Source of the DNA: Dehalococcoidales bacterium
GTDB taxonomy: Bacteria; Chloroflexota; Dehalococcoidia; Dehalococcoidales; BS750m-G39
Reading direction: 5' to 3'
Assembly (NCBI GenBank): GCA_023129255.1
Contig: JAGMCH010000060.1
Location: 1 to 60,658 of the forward strand
Length of the DNA stretch: 60,658 bases
Shown here: in pieces, positions 34,749 through 43,720 of the stretch
Position numbering within the stretch: the first letter of the stretch is position 1
Layout of the letters: every line of letters starts with the position of its first letter
Translations under genes and position numbers: made by a program
Notes under the pieces: model-generated
What the model saw: only the letters and a program-made list of their open reading frames with translations
The model's database searches: none
What the model was told of the DNA's origin: nothing

Positions 34749-34880
34749 AGATTAAGAGGGACGAAGTCCCCCAGAAATAGCCTGCCTTGGAAATGGGGAG
34801 TTTAAGAGGGGGCGAAGCCCCTCTTCTAAAAAAACCTTCCCCCTTCCCCTTGAGGGGAAGGGGGATACAGGGGGATGGGG
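34749..34880 (+). repeat. GC-rich two-hairpin repeat (copy F3) preceded by a degenerate partial copy
   Basis: Degenerate GAGATTAAGAGGGACGAAGTCCCCC, then GGGGAGTTTAAGAGGGGGCGAAGCCCCTCTT and CCTTCCCCCTTCCCCTTGAGGGGAAGGGGGATACAGGGGGATGGGG. Confidence 0.8.
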
Positions 34881-35530
34881 TGAATAATAATAAAAATGTC
34901 TTCGACCAGATAGCCCCGAGCTGGTATAACTTCAGGCACTGGTCTATATTCCGCAGCGAGCTGGAAGCGCTGGCTCGTCGCTGGCAAAAAGGCAAACTGC
35001 TAAACATTGGCTGTGCCCATGGACCTGACTTCTTGCCTTTCAGGCAGGGCTTTGAGCTATATGGGGTGGACTTCTCGGCTGAGATGCTGAAGTTCGCTGA
35101 AAAATACTCCCAAAAATTTGGCTTTGTTGTCAATCTGACGCTGGCTGATGTCTGCCACCTTCCCTATCCCGACCAGACCTTTGACTGGGCAATATCGGTG
35201 GCTACCTATCACCATCTCAGGGGTGGGGAGCAGCCAGCGGCACTAAGTGAGCTCAAGCGGGTATTAAAGCCGGGCGGTGAAGCCTTTATCACGGTGTGGA
35301 ATCGGTGGCAGCCCAGGTTCTGGCTCAAACCGAAGGAGGTAGCTGTCCCTTGGCGAAAAAGGGGCAAGACCCTCTATCGCTACTACTACCTATTTTCTTA
35401 CCCCGAGCTGGGGAAGCTGGTGAAGAGGGCAGGCTTTGAGGTGCTTAAATCATTCCCCGAAAGCGCCTACCGCTTCCCGCTAAAGTTTTTTTCCCGAAAT
35501 ATTTGCCTGCTGGCGAAAAAGAGTGCTTAG
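34880..35530 (+). CDS. Class I SAM-dependent methyltransferase, Trm9-like
   Basis: VFDQIAPSWYNFRHW, LLNIGCAHG (motif I), LPYPDQTFDWAISVATYHHL and LKRVLKPGGEAFITVWN parallel the Trm9/ALKBH8 methyltransferase motifs. Start set at GTG 34880 because the longer ORF translates the repeat element. Confidence 0.65.
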   Translation: MNNNKNVFDQIAPSWYNFRHWSIFRSELEALARRWQKGKLLNIGCAHGPDFLPFRQGFELYGVDFSAEMLKFAEKYSQKFGFVVNLTLADVCHLPYPDQTFDWAISVATYHHLRGGEQPAALSELKRVLKPGGEAFITVWNRWQPRFWLKPKEVAVPWRKRGKTLYRYYYLFSYPELGKLVKRAGFEVLKSFPESAYRFPLKFFSRNICLLAKKSA

Positions 35531-35538
35531 GAGCTAGT

Positions 35539-35757
35539 TTATTCCATTTTGTTCCTTATCAGCATGACGACTACTGCCAAGAAGACCATACCCGCGGCAA
35601 GTGCGAAAGCAACGGCGTCGTTTAGTCCCAGCGCCTCACTACTAAATAGTACGTCGCGGAAGCTCATAGCAATTAAGGTTATGATCGCCATCGCCAGCCC
35701 ACAAATCCACAGTATCCAGGCAGTTATTGAGGCTAGAGCTTTGAATATATCTGGCAC
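35539..35757 (-). CDS. Small two-helix membrane protein (72 aa)
   Basis: Two hydrophobic helices. GGAGGGAAAAG RBS region before the ATG. Confidence 0.5.
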   Translation of the reverse strand: MPDIFKALASITAWILWICGLAMAIITLIAMSFRDVLFSSEALGLNDAVAFALAAGMVFLAVVVMLIRNKME

Positions 35758-35840
35758 TTTTCCCTCCTTTTGGCCTTATTCTATACCAGTATTATAACAC
35801 TCTTGTCAAGTAATTGGCTTCTAGATTTTATTTTGTCAAC

Positions 35841-35925
35841 CTCACCTCCTTAATCCCCCTCTCCTTACCAAGGAGAGGGGGAGAAATAAAAAAGAGGGGG
35901 CGAAACCCCCTCTTAAAACTACTTC
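35841..35925 (-). repeat. GC-rich two-hairpin repeat (reverse orientation, copy R3)
   Basis: CCCCCTCTCCTT-acc-AAGGAGAGGGGG, then AGAGGGGGCGAAACCCCCTCT followed by TAAAAC. Confidence 0.8.
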
Positions 35926-35947
35926 CCCCTTCCCCACTTGAGTCGGC

Positions 35948-36454
35948 TTAGCTTTTGGAGGTCCTGGTGTAGATGACAAGCTCGCTGCGGTGGAAGCCTA
36001 GCCTCTGGAAATAGTTCTGCAGTTCCCAGTGACGCTCGTCAATGACGGCGCGCACCGTGTTAACCCCCCTGGCGTGGCAGCGCTCGGCTAGGGCGTTGAC
36101 TAATCTGCCGGCAATACCCTGCCGTTGGTAGTCGGGGTCAACAATTATCATGTGGATGATGCCCACTTCATCAACTGGTATGCCGGCGAAGGCTAACCGG
36201 CCCCAGATAAAGCCAATGACCTGCCCATCGGCTTCAGCGACAAAACTCAAGTCGAGCGGACCTCCGGGGTTAGTCGAGGCTACCTCTTCGTAGGTCATGG
36301 TGCCTCTATAGCTAAGACGGCTCCGCTTGGTGCCGGGTATCTTTTCCTCCCTGATTTTGTCGTAAATAGCTAAAACGGCACTAATATCTCTACTCTCCAT
36401 GGGTCTGATATTTACCTCGCCTTTCTCTACATTCACCATAATAATCACCCCCAC
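35948..36454 (-). CDS. GNAT family N-acetyltransferase
   Basis: Acetyl-CoA motif VDPDYQRQGIAGRLV. Paralogue of 37082..37537. Confidence 0.85.
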   Translation of the reverse strand: MGVIIMVNVEKGEVNIRPMESRDISAVLAIYDKIREEKIPGTKRSRLSYRGTMTYEEVASTNPGGPLDLSFVAEADGQVIGFIWGRLAFAGIPVDEVGIIHMIIVDPDYQRQGIAGRLVNALAERCHARGVNTVRAVIDERHWELQNYFQRLGFHRSELVIYTRTSKS

Positions 36455-36613
36455 TTTATGTTTATCGGGACAAACTAACTACTTTCCAGAATAGGCTGCA
36501 TTATAATAACAGCTTCCCCACTTTTGTTCAATGTTCTTCTTGATTTTTCTTATAGACATGACGGCAGGTTTATGGTTTAATTAAATTTTGGAGTTAGAGG
36601 TAAGGAGAGACCG

Positions 36614-37087
36614 GTGGGTTTTGACTGGGAAGAAATAGGTAAATTTTTCTCCTACCTGATACCAGTAATTGTCCTTGTATTGGTCAATGTTTTCTTCCGC
36701 AAGCAGCAGGAACAGAAGAGGCGGCTGACCGTGGTTAAAAGCCTGCTATCTGAGATAGACCATAACCAGAAGCTTATGGAAGCCTTCCTCTTTCAGTGGC
36801 AAACCAAGAAGTTTAAGACCGGTGGCTGGAAGAGAAATAGGGATAAAATGGATTATATAGACCGGGGTTTGCACGCTACTCTGGCTGGCGCCTATGAAAT
36901 TGCTGAAGAGTTCAATAAGGAGATAGATACGGCTAAGAAGCATAGGTCGGCGAGCTACCTGGCAGGTATCCGGGTGGATAGATTGAGAGAGCCACTGGCT
37001 AAGAGTAAACAGGGGCTTGAGGAATGGCTTGAGCTAAATAAGGGGAGGAAAAAGCCAGCCGAAGAGGGCAGTGATTCGACTTCATAA
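36614..37087 (+). CDS. Hypothetical membrane-anchored protein (157 aa)
   Basis: GTG after GGTAAGGAGAG. One N-terminal TM helix. Its 3' end overlaps the convergent GNAT gene by 6 nt. Confidence 0.5.
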   Translation: MGFDWEEIGKFFSYLIPVIVLVLVNVFFRKQQEQKRRLTVVKSLLSEIDHNQKLMEAFLFQWQTKKFKTGGWKRNRDKMDYIDRGLHATLAGAYEIAEEFNKEIDTAKKHRSASYLAGIRVDRLREPLAKSKQGLEEWLELNKGRKKPAEEGSDSTS

Positions 37088-37537
37088 GGTCTTGGTGTAG
37101 TCTATAAGCTGTCCCCGTTTAAAGCCCATATGGGCGAAGAACGGCTGTAGCTGGCTATCACGTTCGGTAATCATTATCCGCACTGTGTTAAGCTTCTTGG
37201 CCTGGCAGGCGTCCAACAGGGCATTGACCAGTTTGGTGGCAATACCCTGGTGCCAGTAATCGGGGTCAACGCCCAGAATTTGAATCAATCCCACCTCAGC
37301 CACCGGTTCCCCAACATACACCCGCCGAGCCAAGATAAAGCCGGCTATCTGACCATCGACCTCGGCGATAAAACTGAGGTCAAGCACCCCTCCCAGGTCT
37401 CCGGTAATCAAATCTGTATAGGTAACAGCCCTCCGCACCCCGCTGATTTTCCTGTCGATAGCTAAAACATTGTCAATATCCTCAGGTTCCATGGGTCGGA
37501 TTCTTACTTTACTTTCCTTTCTTTCTATGGCCGTCAC
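37082..37537 (-). CDS. GNAT family N-acetyltransferase (paralogue)
   Basis: VDPDYWHQGIATKLV motif. Collinear similarity to 35948..36454 (IRPME..D..VLAI, LDLSF.AE.DGQ). Minus-strand promoter upstream reads TTGACA (37610-37615), 17 nt, ATAATA (37587-37592). Confidence 0.85.
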   Translation of the reverse strand: MTAIERKESKVRIRPMEPEDIDNVLAIDRKISGVRRAVTYTDLITGDLGGVLDLSFIAEVDGQIAGFILARRVYVGEPVAEVGLIQILGVDPDYWHQGIATKLVNALLDACQAKKLNTVRIMITERDSQLQPFFAHMGFKRGQLIDYTKTL

Positions 37538-37680
37538 GGTGAACGCCTCCTTCCTCCAATTAAGGGGTGCGTTTTTATGTATGCATCGTATTATCCGCTT
37601 TTTTTTACTTTTGTCAATAGGTTATTGATTTAATCCTTGACCTATTTTGGGGGTCAAGTTATTATCACCACTGAGGCTTT

Positions 37681-38535
37681 ATGAAAAGGACGGGAATATT
37701 TTTTGCCTATTTCCTGGGGGAGAGGCTGAGGGATTTCCCTCAGGCATTGGAGGGCATCCTGGATAAGGAAAATATATCATATTATGACGCCGTTTATGAC
37801 TCTGGCGATGGACTTTGCTATGTAGCACCGGCGCCTGAGGAATTGCTGCTCAAGGTGCATTCCCCAGCTATGGTGCAGAGGGTAAGGCTGACCGGCGACT
37901 ATGAATCGGCTTTATACTCAGCCGGGGGTACAGTTCAGGCAGCCGACAAAATCTATCACGGGAAAATAGATAGCGCCTTTGTTTTTACCAGCTTTGGTGA
38001 CCACCATGCCGGCAGAAATTTTTATGGCGGGATGTGTTATTTCAATGGTGTTGCCTTAGCTATAGCCGCTCTCAGGGAGAAGGGGGTGGGGCGGTTCGCT
38101 ATCGTGGATACCGATAGCCATCACGGCGATGGCACCAGGGACATCTTTGCCGCTGACGATGATGTGCTTCATGTATGCCTTTGTTCTCAGGATTACCTTG
38201 ATGAACATAACAATGTGGATGTCATGATTCCATATAACACCTCAGACGAGGAGTATCTTGCCCGGATGAGGCAGGAATTTGTTCCCAGAGCCATAGCCTT
38301 TAAGCCAGAGTATATTTTCTGGGAATTTGGCTATGATGCTACCCAGGGGGAGTATGGAGACAAGGGTTTGACCGGGGATTGCCACCTTGAGCTGGCAAGG
38401 CTCATCAAGGGGGTGGCGGATGAGGTCTGTCACGGCAGACTAGTTGCTATCCTGTGCGGTGGCTCAGGACGAGCTCTGGCTACATACACTATACCCAGGA
38501 TTATTGATTGTCTGGCTGAGCTGGGGAGGTTCTAG
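37681..38535 (+). CDS. Histone deacetylase / acetoin-utilisation family (arginase-deacetylase fold) protein
   Basis: FGDHHAG and DTDSHHGDGTRDIF metal and catalytic motifs. At 284 aa it is short for the family. Confidence 0.8.
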   Translation: MKRTGIFFAYFLGERLRDFPQALEGILDKENISYYDAVYDSGDGLCYVAPAPEELLLKVHSPAMVQRVRLTGDYESALYSAGGTVQAADKIYHGKIDSAFVFTSFGDHHAGRNFYGGMCYFNGVALAIAALREKGVGRFAIVDTDSHHGDGTRDIFAADDDVLHVCLCSQDYLDEHNNVDVMIPYNTSDEEYLARMRQEFVPRAIAFKPEYIFWEFGYDATQGEYGDKGLTGDCHLELARLIKGVADEVCHGRLVAILCGGSGRALATYTIPRIIDCLAELGRF

Positions 38536-38591
38536 CCGCTATCGGGCAAGGCGGTAGTCGGCTATTCCCCATTTTTGAGAGTGAGCCTGCT

Positions 38592-39173
38592 TCAACCGCT
38601 GGAGGTTTGCCTGAACCGGGGCTGAGGTGATATTTCCAGGGACATCAAAACCCCATCCTCTCTGTTATCAGTGTAGTAGCCATGGCGCACACCTACTTGG
38701 GTGAAGCCATACTTAGAATAGAGGCTCTGGGCAGCGGTGTTGGAGGCACGTACCTCCAGGGTAATAAAACGGACGTCTAACTCTGTGGCTAGGTCTATAA
38801 GGGCTATGAGCAGCGATTCTCCTATCCCCTGGCGGCGGTGTTTCTCCCATACGGCAAGGTTGGTTATGTGAGCTTCCCCAGTCATCATCCAGAAACCAGT
38901 GAAACCGAAAATGTATTGCCTTCCAGGTGAGGGAAGTTCATTGCCGAAGAACCGCCTTAGCCTGGATACCAAGCCAGGGAAGCCTTTCTTTGGGATGGCT
39001 TTCGGCTCCGGCGGCTCAACCCTTTCCTCCTCATCGCAGGCTACAATATAATGGGCTAGCCGGTTTTGTAGCTCACGCTGGTAGTTAGCCGGCGGCCACA
39101 GGGTGGGGAAGGCTTCACGGTCAATCTCAGTGACCTGGGGGATGTCCTCTTTACGCATCAAGCGCAGATACAC
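38592..39173 (-). CDS. rimI: Ribosomal-protein-alanine N-acetyltransferase-like GNAT
   Basis: ITNLAVWEKHRRQGIGESLL and YSKYGF motifs. Carries a ~40-aa insertion relative to typical RimI. Confidence 0.6.
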   Translation of the reverse strand: MYLRLMRKEDIPQVTEIDREAFPTLWPPANYQRELQNRLAHYIVACDEEERVEPPEPKAIPKKGFPGLVSRLRRFFGNELPSPGRQYIFGFTGFWMMTGEAHITNLAVWEKHRRQGIGESLLIALIDLATELDVRFITLEVRASNTAAQSLYSKYGFTQVGVRHGYYTDNREDGVLMSLEISPQPRFRQTSSG

Positions 39174-39422
39174 GCCGAATTCTTATCCTTGGAAAAGTTA
39201 TGATATTAAAATCATTGTAGCATATTCCCGTTCTTGATGGCATCTAAGACCTGTGGATTCTTTGAGCCCCCCCGTTCCCAACGTAACCTTTTCTTCCCTC
39301 CCCCCCGCCCTAGACTGGTAGCGTTTTTAAACAACCTCAACCTATCTTTTCACTGCTTCCTTCGTTATACTATATGCACAGGATAACGCCATAATTGCCG
39401 TAAAGCGGTAGGGGGTTGTCAG

Positions 39423-39968
39423 GTGCAAAGTGAAGAGAGCCTGGTTCGGCGGGCGCAGAATCGTGACCAGGAGGCTTTTGCTCAGTTATATGAAGAGCAT
39501 TTCGATAAGATTTATCGGTATATAGCTCTCAGGATAGGAAATGAGGCGGAGGCGGAGGATATGACTCAACAGGTCTTTCTAAACGCACTCCAGTCCATCT
39601 CTTCCTTCAGGTGGAAGGGTGTACCCTTCTCCGCCTGGCTATTCCGCATTGCTCACAATCAGGCGGTCGACTATTTGAGGAGGAAAAAGCATACCGCTGT
39701 GCCCCTGGATGAGTCGGTGGCAAGCAACGATAATACCCCCCAGTTGGTAGCTGAGCAGAAGCTGGATATTGAGCGGCTGCTCTTGGCTACCCAAAAGCTA
39801 ACCGATGCCCAGCGCGAGGTGATTTCACTCCGCTTTACCAGCGAGCTGTCAATCGCTCAGGTAGCCAAGATTATGGGCAAGAGTCAGGGGGCGGTAAAGG
39901 CATTGCAGCACAGTGCCATAGTAGCTCTGCGTCGGGCACTACCGGTGACGGAAAATGAAGAAAAGTAA
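39423..39968 (+). CDS. ECF-type RNA polymerase sigma factor
   Basis: Region 2 (..FDKIYRYIALRIGN..AEDMTQQVFL..) and region 4 HTH (LSIAQVAKIMGKSQGAVKALQHSA). Confidence 0.9.
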   Translation: MQSEESLVRRAQNRDQEAFAQLYEEHFDKIYRYIALRIGNEAEAEDMTQQVFLNALQSISSFRWKGVPFSAWLFRIAHNQAVDYLRRKKHTAVPLDESVASNDNTPQLVAEQKLDIERLLLATQKLTDAQREVISLRFTSELSIAQVAKIMGKSQGAVKALQHSAIVALRRALPVTENEEK

Positions 39969-40773
39969 AGAATTCGATAATGTCTTAAACGAATGTCTGG
40001 AGCGACTGCTGGTCAGGGGCGAGACCATAGAGCAGTGTCTTCAGCGCTATCCTGAGCAGGCAGCGGAACTCAAGCCATTGCTTGAGACGGCTCTGGTTGC
40101 CAAGAAGGCGTCAGCCATTCAGCCCCGAGCCGAGTTTAAAGCCAGAGCCAGATACCAGTTCCGCTCGGCGCTCCAGGAGACGGCCTCCCGGAGAGGTCGC
40201 CCCTTCTTTGGCTGGCTGCCTCGATGGGCAACGGTGGTGACTATAGTTCTCATCCTGCTGCTGGCTGGTGGAGGCACAGTGGCGGCGGCTAGCAACAGTA
40301 TGCCCGATAGCCCTCTCTACCCGGTGAAGCTGGCCACAGAGCAGGTGCAGTTAATGCTGACCCCCTCTCAGATGGGTAAGATAAGGCTGTGTGCTAGGTT
40401 GGCGGATAGGAGAGTGGCAGAAATAATCTATATGGCAGACAAAGGTGATGTCCATCAGGTGGAGTTAATCACCCAGCGCTTGGATAAGCGTCTGGCAATG
40501 CTAGTGGTTCTAGCCTTAGCTCTGGAAGCGGAGGAGGAGTCGCCGATGTTGCTGGCACCATCTGCTGAGGAGGCTGAGGGTGACAGAGGTGTCTCTACCT
40601 GGGCTAATAACCGGGCTCAACTCAGGATGCTCCTTGAGCGTTATGCGGTTAATCACCCAGCGGCTCTACGCGCTATACTGGAAAAAGTGCCGGAGGCGGC
40701 GAAGCCTGCCCTGCTTCGAGCAATTGTGGTATCGGAAGCCGGCTATCGGGAAGCCCTTGAGGCTTTAGATTAG
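39955..40773 (+). CDS. Anti-sigma factor-like membrane protein (DUF5667-like)
   Basis: Overlaps the sigma gene by 14 nt. N-terminal cytoplasmic helices, one TM (VVTIVLILLLAGGG), and an extracytoplasmic helical domain. Confidence 0.65.
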   Translation: MKKSKEFDNVLNECLERLLVRGETIEQCLQRYPEQAAELKPLLETALVAKKASAIQPRAEFKARARYQFRSALQETASRRGRPFFGWLPRWATVVTIVLILLLAGGGTVAAASNSMPDSPLYPVKLATEQVQLMLTPSQMGKIRLCARLADRRVAEIIYMADKGDVHQVELITQRLDKRLAMLVVLALALEAEEESPMLLAPSAEEAEGDRGVSTWANNRAQLRMLLERYAVNHPAALRAILEKVPEAAKPALLRAIVVSEAGYREALEALD

Positions 40774-40871
40774 ACAATCTTTTTCTTTAAAATCGCTCAA
40801 GTCGCCACTAACCAAACGGCGACTTTTTCGTTATATATTACTGGAAAGAGTTTTTTGAGAGGAGGTGAATA

Positions 40872-41624
40872 GTGAAACGGAATTTTCTGGTGGCTACAGG
40901 TATGGCGGCTATAGGTCTGGCCCTGGTGCTATCTCTGGTCGGTTTTTCCGCTTGCACTGCTGGACCCACCACCATAGGAACGGTAGACTTAAATAGCCAG
41001 CAGGAGGGGATTTGGGTCACCGGTGAAGGAAAGGTCACCGTCACCCCTGACATCGCCACCCTGTGGTTGGGCATTGAGGCTCAAGCGGCAACTGTGGCTG
41101 AGGCTCAGTCTCAGGCGGCTGAAGCCATGAATGAGGTAATGACTGCCCTGACTGACAATGGCGTGGATGAGGATGACATTCAAACCCAGTATTTCAGCAT
41201 TGACCAGGTAACCAGGTGGGATGATTTCGAGGACGAAGTGGTTGTGGTTGGCTACCGGGTAACCAATATGGTGACTGCCAAGATAAGGGAGATAGATAAA
41301 GTCGGCTCTATTATTGATGCTGTTGCTGCCGCCGGTGGAGACTACACCCGCATCAATAGCATAGGCTTTTCTGTGGACGACCCCTCAGCCTATTACGAGG
41401 AGGCACGGCAGGAGGCAATGGCTGATGCCAGAGCCAAAGCCGAGCAACTGGCTGATTTAGCCGGCGTTGAACTGGGTAAACCAACCTATATCTCCGAGGG
41501 CGTCATATATCCTCCCGTTATATATAGAGACGCAGGGATGGAAGAAGCAGCACCCTCAGCACCAATCAGCCCCGGGGAGATAGAGCTCACCCTTACTGTT
41601 CAGGTAGCTTATGCTATCGATTAG
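40872..41624 (+). CDS. SIMPL-domain (DUF541) secreted protein
   Basis: Lipoprotein-like signal (..LVGFSAC). TVTPDIATLWLGIEAQA..AEAQSQAAEAMNEV and the C-terminal GEIELTLTVQVAY pattern. Confidence 0.8.
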   Translation: MKRNFLVATGMAAIGLALVLSLVGFSACTAGPTTIGTVDLNSQQEGIWVTGEGKVTVTPDIATLWLGIEAQAATVAEAQSQAAEAMNEVMTALTDNGVDEDDIQTQYFSIDQVTRWDDFEDEVVVVGYRVTNMVTAKIREIDKVGSIIDAVAAAGGDYTRINSIGFSVDDPSAYYEEARQEAMADARAKAEQLADLAGVELGKPTYISEGVIYPPVIYRDAGMEEAAPSAPISPGEIELTLTVQVAYAID

Positions 41625-41729
41625 AGAAAAATCTTTAAACAGGAGGCTGGAAATGAACAAGCTGTTGACCATTCTTTGGCTAATCTTAACCGCCGGAAGA
41701 GAGCCTAAATTACAGGAGGTAAGGGTGGA

Positions 41730-42425
41730 ATGTCAAAGGTTTTAATCATAGCTGGAGTCTCGATACTAGCCCTCGGTTTGATTCTGGGGCTAGCCCTTCC
41801 CGCTCTGGCCGCCCCAGGTGAAGCACCGCCTTGGGCTGGCGATTCTCAGACTAGAGTGGTGAGAGGCAAGGTGCTCAGTGTTGGTGGCCAGGAATTTGTT
41901 ATCCAGTCCGGGGAAGAGGAAGTCACCATAAAAGTAGATGAGAATACCAAGTACTTCAAACTGTGTGTGCCGGGGCGGATTATGGCTTTGGCTCGGCATC
42001 AGATAGAGTTGAGGGCTCAGGACCAGCTACCCCCGCCGGAAGATGTAGGCATACCTAGGCTCCAGCGAGCCAGGCTGAAGTTGCTCCATCACTTTGGCGA
42101 AAAGGCTGAATTCGGAGATATTGCTGTTGGCGATAGGGTGGCGGTGTGGTTAGCCCCTGAAGAGAATAACCTGGCACAGAGGGTGCTGATTATAAAGCCG
42201 ACCACCTACGCTCATGTCAGCGGCACTATTAGTGTTTCCCTAGCGGGTGAAGCCATCACCATAACTCCTGCTGATGGTGAGCCAGTTACCCTGTCCTATA
42301 ATGGGAGCACGGAGTTTGTCCTCAACGGGTTTATCGCCGTGGAGGAAGGACAATATGCCCATGCCATCTATAATAGTGATAATATGGTAGCCAAGAGGGT
42401 GGCGGTGTATCAAGAGGTGCCTTAG
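41730..42425 (+). CDS. Secreted hypothetical protein (DUF5666-like beta-rich repeats)
   Basis: Signal peptide. Repeated V.G.V.SV..(..)I...G..V.I motifs. Context with the ECF and anti-sigma genes. Confidence 0.5.
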   Translation: MSKVLIIAGVSILALGLILGLALPALAAPGEAPPWAGDSQTRVVRGKVLSVGGQEFVIQSGEEEVTIKVDENTKYFKLCVPGRIMALARHQIELRAQDQLPPPEDVGIPRLQRARLKLLHHFGEKAEFGDIAVGDRVAVWLAPEENNLAQRVLIIKPTTYAHVSGTISVSLAGEAITITPADGEPVTLSYNGSTEFVLNGFIAVEEGQYAHAIYNSDNMVAKRVAVYQEVP

Positions 42426-42449
42426 CCAGCCCGGTAAATGCCTGATTCT

Positions 42450-42487
42450 AGGGGGAGCCCTTCAAAGAAGGGCTCCCCCTATTTTAT
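42450..42487 (+). terminator. Rho-independent terminator
   Basis: AGGGGGAGCCC-ttcaaagaa-GGGCTCCCCCT followed by ATTTTAT. Abuts the convergent queH stop. Confidence 0.7.
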
Positions 42488-43021
42488 GGTTATATTGGCA
42501 TAGCGTTCCCACTCACTATAGACGCAGCCGCAGTATTGCTGGCGGTGGAGATTCAATGGCTTGGTCATCCGGCGGCTATCTGAGTAGCGCTTCCTGAGGT
42601 CGGCATAGAGGAAATCTATGCCCCTTTCCCCAGCCAGCTCATTGCCAATCTCCTGGAGAAGGTCATGCTTCTGGTGGGGGCTGATGAGCAGGGTGGTGGT
42701 GAAAGCGTCAAAGCCCATCGCTTTAGCGGTTTCAGCCGTTTTTGACAGCCGTAGCCGGAAGCAGTACCGACAGCGCTCGGATTCATGCCCCACTACTTGG
42801 CGAAAGTAATCAATGATGTCATAGCCGCTAGTGGTTATTAAGGGCAGGCTCATTTCTTGAGCCAGCGTCTGCATTGCCTCCAGGCGGTGCTGGTGCTCCA
42901 TATAGGGGTGGATATTGGGATTATACCACAGGGCGCTGACCTCGTACCCCTGCTGGCGCCAGTGGCTAACGGTATAGGCGGCGCAGTGGGCGCAGCAGCT
43001 ATGAAGTAGCACTTTTTTCAT
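42479..43021 (-). CDS. queH: Epoxyqueuosine reductase QueH
   Basis: LLHSCCAHCA N-terminal motif, conserved Cys pattern (..ERCRYCF.., ..QQYCGC..), 180 aa (DUF208 family). Confidence 0.85.
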   Translation of the reverse strand: MKKVLLHSCCAHCAAYTVSHWRQQGYEVSALWYNPNIHPYMEHQHRLEAMQTLAQEMSLPLITTSGYDIIDYFRQVVGHESERCRYCFRLRLSKTAETAKAMGFDAFTTTLLISPHQKHDLLQEIGNELAGERGIDFLYADLRKRYSDSRRMTKPLNLHRQQYCGCVYSEWERYANITIK

Positions 43022-43410
43022 TTTTTACCACTGTATTTCCGGCTATAGTAGGTATATAGAATATTATAGAGTATCAGTATGGTGCATACCGAATAGGCCA
43101 GCGTAAGGCCGGCCGGTTCTAGATCGGGCGAACCACCTTGGCTCATAGCTATTAAGGTGGCTCCGGAAATGGCCATAAAGATGACAACGATTTCAACGGT
43201 GCGCCTCGATGCTTGGTTGACTATACTACGCGCTCTCTCATCTTCAGTAAACGCTTTTACCCGTCTCTGGCATAGGTATAGTATGATGGCTCCAGCAAGA
43301 AATGTTGGTATCGGTACCAGTACATTGCCGGTTGTTACCGACCAGCCCACCAGGGCAGCAACAATCATGGTAATTACTACCATCCACAGCCTGTATGTTT
43401 TAATACTCAT
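43018..43410 (-). CDS. DUF2178-like membrane protein
   Basis: Four TM helices. Follows a small XRE regulator, which is the usual pairing. 4-nt overlap with queH. Confidence 0.6.
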   Translation of the reverse strand: MSIKTYRLWMVVITMIVAALVGWSVTTGNVLVPIPTFLAGAIILYLCQRRVKAFTEDERARSIVNQASRRTVEIVVIFMAISGATLIAMSQGGSPDLEPAGLTLAYSVCTILILYNILYTYYSRKYSGKK

Positions 43411-43422
43411 CGCTTTCCTCCC

Positions 43423-43635
43423 TTAATCCTCGTATTGAAAGACCTCTTCCAGAGGTACGCCGAAAGCTCGGGCAATCTTGAAAGCCAGCTCGATAGACGG
43501 CACGTATTTCCCCTGCTCCAGAGCGATTATAGTCTGCCGGGTGCAGCCGGCGCGGCTGGCCAGCTCTTCCTGTGTCATTTCATCGTGGTCGAAGCGCAGC
43601 CTCCGGATGCGGTTGTTTATCCTGGCGTTAGCCAT
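43423..43635 (-). CDS. XRE-family helix-turn-helix transcriptional regulator (70 aa)
   Basis: MTQEELASRAGCTRQTIIALEQGKYVPS is a Cro/C1-type HTH. Confidence 0.85.
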   Translation of the reverse strand: MANARINNRIRRLRFDHDEMTQEELASRAGCTRQTIIALEQGKYVPSIELAFKIARAFGVPLEEVFQYED

Positions 43636-43720
43636 ATCTCCCCGTATCTAAGTAATCTGAACAATACATATTGTAATATATGTAAAACAAAATGTCAAGC
43701 GATTTTTACATTATTTGTTA

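Noticed and set aside
34787-34879. N-terminal 31-aa extension of the methyltransferase (MEMGSLRGGEAPLLKKPSPFPLRGRGIQGDG)
   Set aside because: This stretch is the translation of a copy of the intergenic palindromic repeat. In-frame GTG 34880 gives a protein that starts at the conserved Trm9-like motif.
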